64,000 nt of DNA from Myxococcota bacterium (GTDB lineage: Bacteria; Myxococcota_A; UBA796; CAJQPC01). Numbering within the stretch: position 1 is the stretch's first letter; each line of letters starts with the position of its first letter. Positions 58,637-64,000 of this stretch are shown here, in pieces. The stretch spans positions 96,001 through 160,000 of the forward strand of contig JAZAMN010000008.1 in assembly GCA_036229005.1 (NCBI GenBank), written 5' to 3'. The notes below the pieces were generated by a model. The model did no database searches. It was not told the DNA's origin and worked only from the letters and a program-made list of their open reading frames with translations. The position numbers and the translations under genes were made by a program.

Positions 58637-59584
58637 TTAAAGGGCCCGCGGGGGGAGCTGGATCGGGCAGGTCTGCATGCGGGTCTGGCCGGCGTGGGGC
58701 TCGCCGCGCTCCTGGGCGTCCATGGCCCGCAGGCACAGGGCGTCGGCGCGGGTGTTTCCGGGCTCGCCGGCGTGCCCCTTGACCCAGGTCCAGTGCACGC
58801 GGTGGCGGCTGAGGGCCTGGTCCAGGGCGATGATCAGGTCCTGGTTGGCGACAGGCTCGCCGTCCAGCTTCTTCCATCCGTAGCGCTTCCACTTGGCGCC
58901 CCATTTGGTCGCCACGTTGCGGACGTAGGTGGAGTCGACGCGCAGCTCGATGTGGGCGGGCCGGGAGAGGCTGTTCAGGGCGTGGATCACCGCCGAGAGC
59001 TCCATGCGGTTGTTGGTGCTGCCGGGCTCGCCGCCCCAGAGCTCCAGGGAGGCGCCGCTGCCGGCGTGCACGATCAGCGCGCCCCAGCCGCCGATCCCGT
59101 CGGGCTTGAGGCGGCAGCCGCCGTCGGTCCAGATCCACAGCTCGGTGGGCTGCAGAGGGGGCAGGTCCGGCAGCGGCGGGGGCTCGGCCTTGGCGTCGGG
59201 CTCGGGGGCGGCCTGGACGGCGGCCTCCTTGATGGGCGCGTAGAGCGGGTCTTTGCGGTCGATGTGCGCGCAGGCAAAGCGCAGGCGCTCGCGGTGCTGC
59301 TCCAGGGCCTGCACCAGGCGGCGGCTGGCGGGGGTGGTCTTGACGCGCTCGCCGGCGCCGACCTTGTCGATCACGCCGACGAATGCCTCGTTCCGGACGT
59401 AGAGCGTGACGGGGCCGTCGGGCAGGTGGGGGAGGGCCTGGACCAAGGCTTCGCAGAGCATGGCCCAGCTCCGCGCCCCAGGCCGGCCCCCGGAGTCCTG
59501 GGTGGTGAGGGTCCCTGCCTCGTACACCCCGAAAGCCCAACCTCCCTTGCCGGAGCCGGACAGGACCAGCGCCCGATCGCTCAA
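58637..59584 (-). CDS. rnhA: Ribonuclease HI with extra N-terminal RNase H-like domain
   Basis: WTDGGC, TNNRMEL, DSTYV, NQDL, WVKGHAG..GNTRAD; TTG start overlapping upstream stop. Confidence 0.88.
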   Translation of the reverse strand: MSDRALVLSGSGKGGWAFGVYEAGTLTTQDSGGRPGARSWAMLCEALVQALPHLPDGPVTLYVRNEAFVGVIDKVGAGERVKTTPASRRLVQALEQHRERLRFACAHIDRKDPLYAPIKEAAVQAAPEPDAKAEPPPLPDLPPLQPTELWIWTDGGCRLKPDGIGGWGALIVHAGSGASLELWGGEPGSTNNRMELSAVIHALNSLSRPAHIELRVDSTYVRNVATKWGAKWKRYGWKKLDGEPVANQDLIIALDQALSRHRVHWTWVKGHAGEPGNTRADALCLRAMDAQERGEPHAGQTRMQTCPIQLPPRAL

Positions 59585-60924
59585 CGCTTGCCCAGGCTGC
59601 CGTCTTGGGCGACGACCACGCCGCTGCTGGGGAAGTCCTCGCGGGAGAGCTTGCGGATCAGGTCGGTGGCCTTGTGGTCCGGGTCGGGCTCGGGGACGCC
59701 CTCGCCGATCTGCTTGGTGGGCAGGATCTGGCCGCCGACGAAGCGCCCCTGGCTGTCCAGCTCGACCTCGAGCACCAGGCCCACGCCCAGGTAGCCGCTC
59801 AGGTTGAAGCGCCCGTAGGTGGCGAAGTTGCCCAGGCTGTAGGCGATCAGGCGGTCGTTGTAGACCTCCATCGCCCGGGGGACGTGGGGGCCGTGGCCCA
59901 GCACCAGGTCCGCGCCGGCGTCGACGACCACGTGGGTGAACTTTCGCAGGTGACCGCGCTGCTCGCCGTAGAAGGTCTCCATCTGGTCGGGGACGTGCAG
60001 GGCCTTGGAGCCCTCGGCCCCGCCGTGGAAGCTGACGATGACGATGTCGTGGGTGGCGTCCAGGGCGCGCACCAGCTCGGCGGCGGTCTCGTGGTCGTTG
60101 ATGTAGTGGCAGCTCTTGGAGCTGTGGAAGCCCAGCATGGCGACCTTGAGGCCGTTCGACTCCACGCTGGCGATGGTCCCCGGGCGCCCGGAGTAGGCGA
60201 TGCCCAGGGCGTCCAGGGTGGACTCCGTCTCCAGGCGGCAGCTCTCGCCGAAGTCGCCCGCGTGGTTGTTGGCCGTGCTCGCCAGGTCCACGCCAGCCTG
60301 GGCCAGGTAGTCGCCGTAGCGGGTGGGGGAGCGGAAGGCGTAGCAGTTCCCGGAGCTGCCGCACTTGTTGGTGGACCCGCCATCACACAGCGGCCCCTCC
60401 AGGTTCACGAAGGTCAGGTCTGCGTCGGCCAGCATGTCCTGCACCGCCGTCAGCATGTCCTTGCCGTCGTTGGGGGGCAGCTTGCCCTTGGGGAAGTCCG
60501 TCCCCAGCATCACATCCCCCACGGCCCGCAGCCGCAGCGTGGTGCCCTCGGGCGCCTGCCCCTTGACCGTGTCCGGGGCGCCCGCGGCCGCCTTCGCGAC
60601 CATCGCCTCGGTCTCCAGGTGGCCCATGGCGGTGGGCAGGTACTGATCGACCTGGGGGTGGTCCGGCTGCAGCGCCTTGACCTGCTCCCAGGCGCTCACC
60701 GTCGCGTCCCAGTCGCCTTGGAGCCAGTGCGCCCAGCCCAGCTCCCAGTGGCACTCCGTCTTGGTCGGGGCCACGGCCACGCAGGCCGCGAGCTTGGCCT
60801 CGGCGTCTTCGGCCTCCTTGGCCTTGAGGGCCGCCACGCCGGCCTCGTAGAGCGCCTGGGGGTCGTCCTGGGCCTGGGTCTCGGCGGGTTGGGTCAGGCA
60901 GGCAAAGAGGAGGGAGAGGATCAT
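59581..60924 (-). CDS. CapA/PGA_cap family metallophosphatase-fold lipoprotein with N-terminal TPR
   Basis: VGDVMLG, NLEG, ANNHAGDFG, SFHGGAE, GHGPHV, YSLGNF; MILSLLFAC. Confidence 0.92.
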   Translation of the reverse strand: MILSLLFACLTQPAETQAQDDPQALYEAGVAALKAKEAEDAEAKLAACVAVAPTKTECHWELGWAHWLQGDWDATVSAWEQVKALQPDHPQVDQYLPTAMGHLETEAMVAKAAAGAPDTVKGQAPEGTTLRLRAVGDVMLGTDFPKGKLPPNDGKDMLTAVQDMLADADLTFVNLEGPLCDGGSTNKCGSSGNCYAFRSPTRYGDYLAQAGVDLASTANNHAGDFGESCRLETESTLDALGIAYSGRPGTIASVESNGLKVAMLGFHSSKSCHYINDHETAAELVRALDATHDIVIVSFHGGAEGSKALHVPDQMETFYGEQRGHLRKFTHVVVDAGADLVLGHGPHVPRAMEVYNDRLIAYSLGNFATYGRFNLSGYLGVGLVLEVELDSQGRFVGGQILPTKQIGEGVPEPDPDHKATDLIRKLSREDFPSSGVVVAQDGSLGKR

Positions 60925-61026
60925 GGAGCGTCCGGCTTGATCGGCGCACCTCCTAACACCTCGGCGGCCCCCCACCCTCCGCACTCTGCGGCGCCAGCGA
61001 GGTCATATTAGCGATGTCGCCCCGCG

Positions 61027-61506
61027 TCACCCGATCAGGGACTGACCGTGCAGCACCGCGAGGCTGCGCGCCTGGCCCGCCCAGTCCTCATCCTCGATGC
61101 GGGCCGGGGAGATCTCCATGCGGCTGGCCACCCAGGCGATGTCCTCGGCGTTGAGGGCGGCGAGCTGGTTGTAGCGGTGCACGCCCAGGTTGTTGAGCAT
61201 GCGCTGCGCCAGGGGGTCCACCCCCCGGATGGCCCCGAAGTCGTCGGGGTGCGCGCAGGGCCCGCTTGCCAGAAAGGAGGGGCGCGCCCCTTTGAGCCCG
61301 GCGATGACCCGCTGGGCCTGCGCCAGCTCGCGCTCCAGGTCCTGCTGTCTGGGCTGGGTGGTGGCTTGGGGTTCGGTGGCTTGGGGATTGGTGGCTTGAC
61401 TGCGCTGCGAGGCGCTCGCAGGGACCACCTCCCGGCGCAGCAGCCATCCAGCCATTCCCCCAGCGAGCAGCGCGACCAAGGCCCACAGTGCGGTCGTTCC
61501 CGGCAT
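61027..61506 (-). CDS. Membrane-anchored HhH (COG3743-like) protein
   Basis: TM, PDDFGAIRGVDP...LGVHRYNQLA...EDWAGQA. Confidence 0.75.
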   Translation of the reverse strand: MPGTTALWALVALLAGGMAGWLLRREVVPASASQRSQATNPQATEPQATTQPRQQDLERELAQAQRVIAGLKGARPSFLASGPCAHPDDFGAIRGVDPLAQRMLNNLGVHRYNQLAALNAEDIAWVASRMEISPARIEDEDWAGQARSLAVLHGQSLIG

Positions 61507-61721
61507 CCTGATTCCGTTTCTGTCCACAGCCAAGCTAGCTGGGCGGGGCCTGGGTGGCTCTGTCCCTCCTCTGTCCCCAGGTGAATGCGCGCGGGGGCCT
61601 GGGGATTGGGTCCGGGTTGGGGATCGTCCGTAGCGATCCATCGTGATCCTGGAACGCCGAAAATGGCGAAATGCCGCCTTGACCTGTCCACAGGGCGATC
61701 CATAGCTGTGGACAACCCTGC

Positions 61722-62264
61722 TCAGGTGTTCAGGATCCAGGGGAGGGCCAAAAGGGCGATCAGGCTGACCAGGGTGATGGACAGCTTGGAGGCGGTCCCC
61801 AAGGCTCGGGCTGCGGTGGCCCACAGAGCAGGTTTGAGGCTGTCTTTGTCCTGCTTTGCCTCAGGCCCGGTGGTCTCTCCCAGGAAGGTCCCGGCGAAGG
61901 TCCCCACGAACGCGCCGATCAGGCTGCCCAGCACGGGGAATGGGATGAGGATCCCCAGGATTCCACCAGCAATACCGCCAAGCAGGCCACCCCAGGCCCC
62001 GCGTTTGGAGCCGCCGCCCTTGCGCGCGCCGTAGCTGGCGGCGCCGAACTCGATGACCTCGCCGACGCCACCCAGCAGCGCGACGGTGATGAGCAGTCCC
62101 CAGCCAAAGGTGGTGTGCTCACCCTCTGGGAGCCAGGCCGAGTCGCTCACCTCCATGAGCAGGGCCAGCCCGAGCAGCACCCAGTGACCGGGGAGCCCCA
62201 GCGCGACGCCGACCAGACAGATCAGGCCGAGCAGGCCCAGGACCACAAAGAGGAAGATCTCCAT
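61722..62264 (-). CDS. DUF456 family membrane protein
   Basis: GLPG, GARKGGGSKRGAWGGLLG, GAFVGTFAG..GE. Confidence 0.88.
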   Translation of the reverse strand: MEIFLFVVLGLLGLICLVGVALGLPGHWVLLGLALLMEVSDSAWLPEGEHTTFGWGLLITVALLGGVGEVIEFGAASYGARKGGGSKRGAWGGLLGGIAGGILGILIPFPVLGSLIGAFVGTFAGTFLGETTGPEAKQDKDSLKPALWATAARALGTASKLSITLVSLIALLALPWILNT

Positions 62265-62300
62265 GGGGAGAAGGTAGGCGTGGCGGGGCTGGGGTCAAGG

Positions 62301-62598
62301 ATCTGGGGTCGAACGCCCGCGTTCTTGGGGCATCTGGGGTCGAACGCCCGCGTTCTTGGGGCATCTGGGGTCAAACGCCCGCGTTCTTGGGGCATCTGGG
62401 GTCGAACGCCCGATTTTCCCGATGAATGCGCCCTCTGAGACCTGAATCAGGCCGATTCTGGGGTGTTCGGGGCCAGATTCCCGCTGGAGCCGGGCGTTCA
62501 CCCCCAGATGCCCGCCGGAGCCGTGCGTTCACCCCCGGATGCCCGCCGGAGCCGTGCGTTCACCCCCAGATGCCCGCCGGAGCCGTGCGTTCACCCCC
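62301..62598. repeat. Inverted 31-bp-period array D
   Basis: Four units (GGGC)ATCTGGGGTCGAACGCCCGCGTTCTTG, ~73-bp spacer, four inverted units GGAGCCG(T/G)GCGTTCACCCCC(A/G)GATGCCCGCC. Confidence 0.9.
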
Positions 62599-62603
62599 CG
62601 TTG

Positions 62604-63941
62604 CTACTCCAGCGTCGCCAGCTCCACCCACTCGCGGGGGCTGTGGAGCTCCCCTGCGCGCATGACGCCCTGGATCTGTCCCCAGGCGGCGGGGTCCTGC
62701 AGGGGGTCGGCCTCCAGCAGCAGCAGGTCGGCTCGGTAGCCGGGGGCGATGCGGCCCACGCGGTCGTCGATGCCCAGCATCTGGGCGGGGTTCCAGGTGG
62801 CGGCGGCCATGAGCTCGGCGGGGTCCAGGCCGGCCTGGGTGAGCAGCTCGACCTCGCGCTGGGTGGTGACGCCGTGGAACTCGTACAGGAACACGGGCCA
62901 GTTGCCGGAGTCGCTGCCCAGGACGATGGGGACGCCGGCCTCGTGCAGGGTGGCGACGGAGTCCAGGGCGGTGCGGGTCTGGCCGCGCAGCATGCGCTTG
63001 AGGCCGAAGCTGCGGGCGGTCCAGTTGTGGACGACCGCGCCGCTGTGGGGGAGCACGCCCTGGGCGATCAGGTGTGCGGACTCCTTGCGCCAGTCCAGGT
63101 CCTGGGCCGCCTCCAGCTCGGCGGCGGGGATCATCCAGGCGAGGTCGGGGTCCTCGAAGCGCTCGGGCTCGCTGGCCCAGAGCATGTGGTCGAACACCGA
63201 GATGGTGCTGATGACGGGGATCCCCATGTCCACCAGCCGCGCGACGGTGGCCTTGTTGGGCTTGGTGGGCGGGTGGACCAGGCCGGAGACCCCCATGTCC
63301 AGGGCCTGGTTGGCCTCTTCATTGGAGATGGCGTGGGCGTAGAGGGGCCGGCCGCTGTCGATCAGCGCTTGCCGGACGGGCTCGGAGTAGAGCGGCCAGA
63401 CCTCGGTGAGCATGCCGGACTCGACGGTGATCTTGACGCCCAGGGGCTCAAAGGGGGCGAAGGCGGCGATCGCCGCGTCCACCTGCTCGGCCGAGGTGTA
63501 GCCGGGGAAGTGCGGGAGCACGACGGAGACGTAGCCGCCCTCGGGGGAGACCAGGGGGCCCAGCAGGTGGATGTCCGGGCTGGGGCTGGTCTGCGCCAGG
63601 GGCAGCATGCGCTGGGCGGCCTCCAGGGGGATGCCGGTGTCCAGCACGGTGGTCACGCCGTTTGCCAGGTAGGCCCCCAGGTGGTGTCTCCACAGCGCCA
63701 GCTCCTCTTCGGGCGAGGGCTGGATGTGTGCGCCGCTGGGGGTGAGCGCCAGGTGCACGTGCGCGTCGATCAGCCCGGGCGCCAGGGTCAGCCCACTGCA
63801 GTCCACGGTCTCCACCTCCAGGTCCGCGGGCGGGGCGCCGATGGCGGCGATCTGGCCGTCCTGGATCAGCACCGACTCCACGCTGCGGGAGCCGTCGATG
63901 TCGGCGATGGTGGGGTTGAGCAGGAGCAGTGCGGTGGACAT
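62604..63941 (-). CDS. Amidohydrolase family protein
   Basis: PGLIDAHVH, GVTTVLD, AHA, GSDSG, ATWNPA, GRIAPGYRADLLLL. Confidence 0.93.
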   Translation of the reverse strand: MSTALLLLNPTIADIDGSRSVESVLIQDGQIAAIGAPPADLEVETVDCSGLTLAPGLIDAHVHLALTPSGAHIQPSPEEELALWRHHLGAYLANGVTTVLDTGIPLEAAQRMLPLAQTSPSPDIHLLGPLVSPEGGYVSVVLPHFPGYTSAEQVDAAIAAFAPFEPLGVKITVESGMLTEVWPLYSEPVRQALIDSGRPLYAHAISNEEANQALDMGVSGLVHPPTKPNKATVARLVDMGIPVISTISVFDHMLWASEPERFEDPDLAWMIPAAELEAAQDLDWRKESAHLIAQGVLPHSGAVVHNWTARSFGLKRMLRGQTRTALDSVATLHEAGVPIVLGSDSGNWPVFLYEFHGVTTQREVELLTQAGLDPAELMAAATWNPAQMLGIDDRVGRIAPGYRADLLLLEADPLQDPAAWGQIQGVMRAGELHSPREWVELATLE

Positions 63942-64000
63942 CGGGCCCTCAACGGGGGAAGGGTGGACTGTCCCCTATCCCCGGAGACCCCCCATGCCCT

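Overview
A 64 kb window from a very GC-rich bacterium, most likely Myxococcota or a related deltaproteobacterial lineage. That call is inferred from a MYXO-CTERM-like tail, AgmX/PglI-like C-terminal domains, a stand-alone spdEFG1-type fusA and a split atpIBE cluster. Most of the window is ordinary chromosome: uvrB, fusA, psd, aroC, atpIBE, hemL, rnhA, a hybrid kinase, an HD-GYP protein, and many lipoproteins and TPR proteins. The main finding is a ~1.5 kb non-coding transcription unit (1314-2832) between an alpha-hydroxy-acid oxidase gene and uvrB. It has a sigma54 (-24/-12) promoter, a perfect 11-bp helix pairing its 5' and 3' ends, more than 20 short hairpins (many capped by GNRA or UUCG tetraloops) and a 19-bp terminator stem. 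I read it as a candidate giant structured ncRNA that I cannot assign to any known class. Other notable items: four intergenic inverted arrays with a strict 31-bp period; a lipoprotein resembling the anthrax protective-antigen pore-forming core; a PEP-binding lipoprotein/VTC/DUF4956/DUF2490 operon; a RecA/KaiC-like ATPase-SLOG fusion behind fusA; and many very short lipoprotein signal peptides. All family assignments are from motif recognition by eye, with no database searches.
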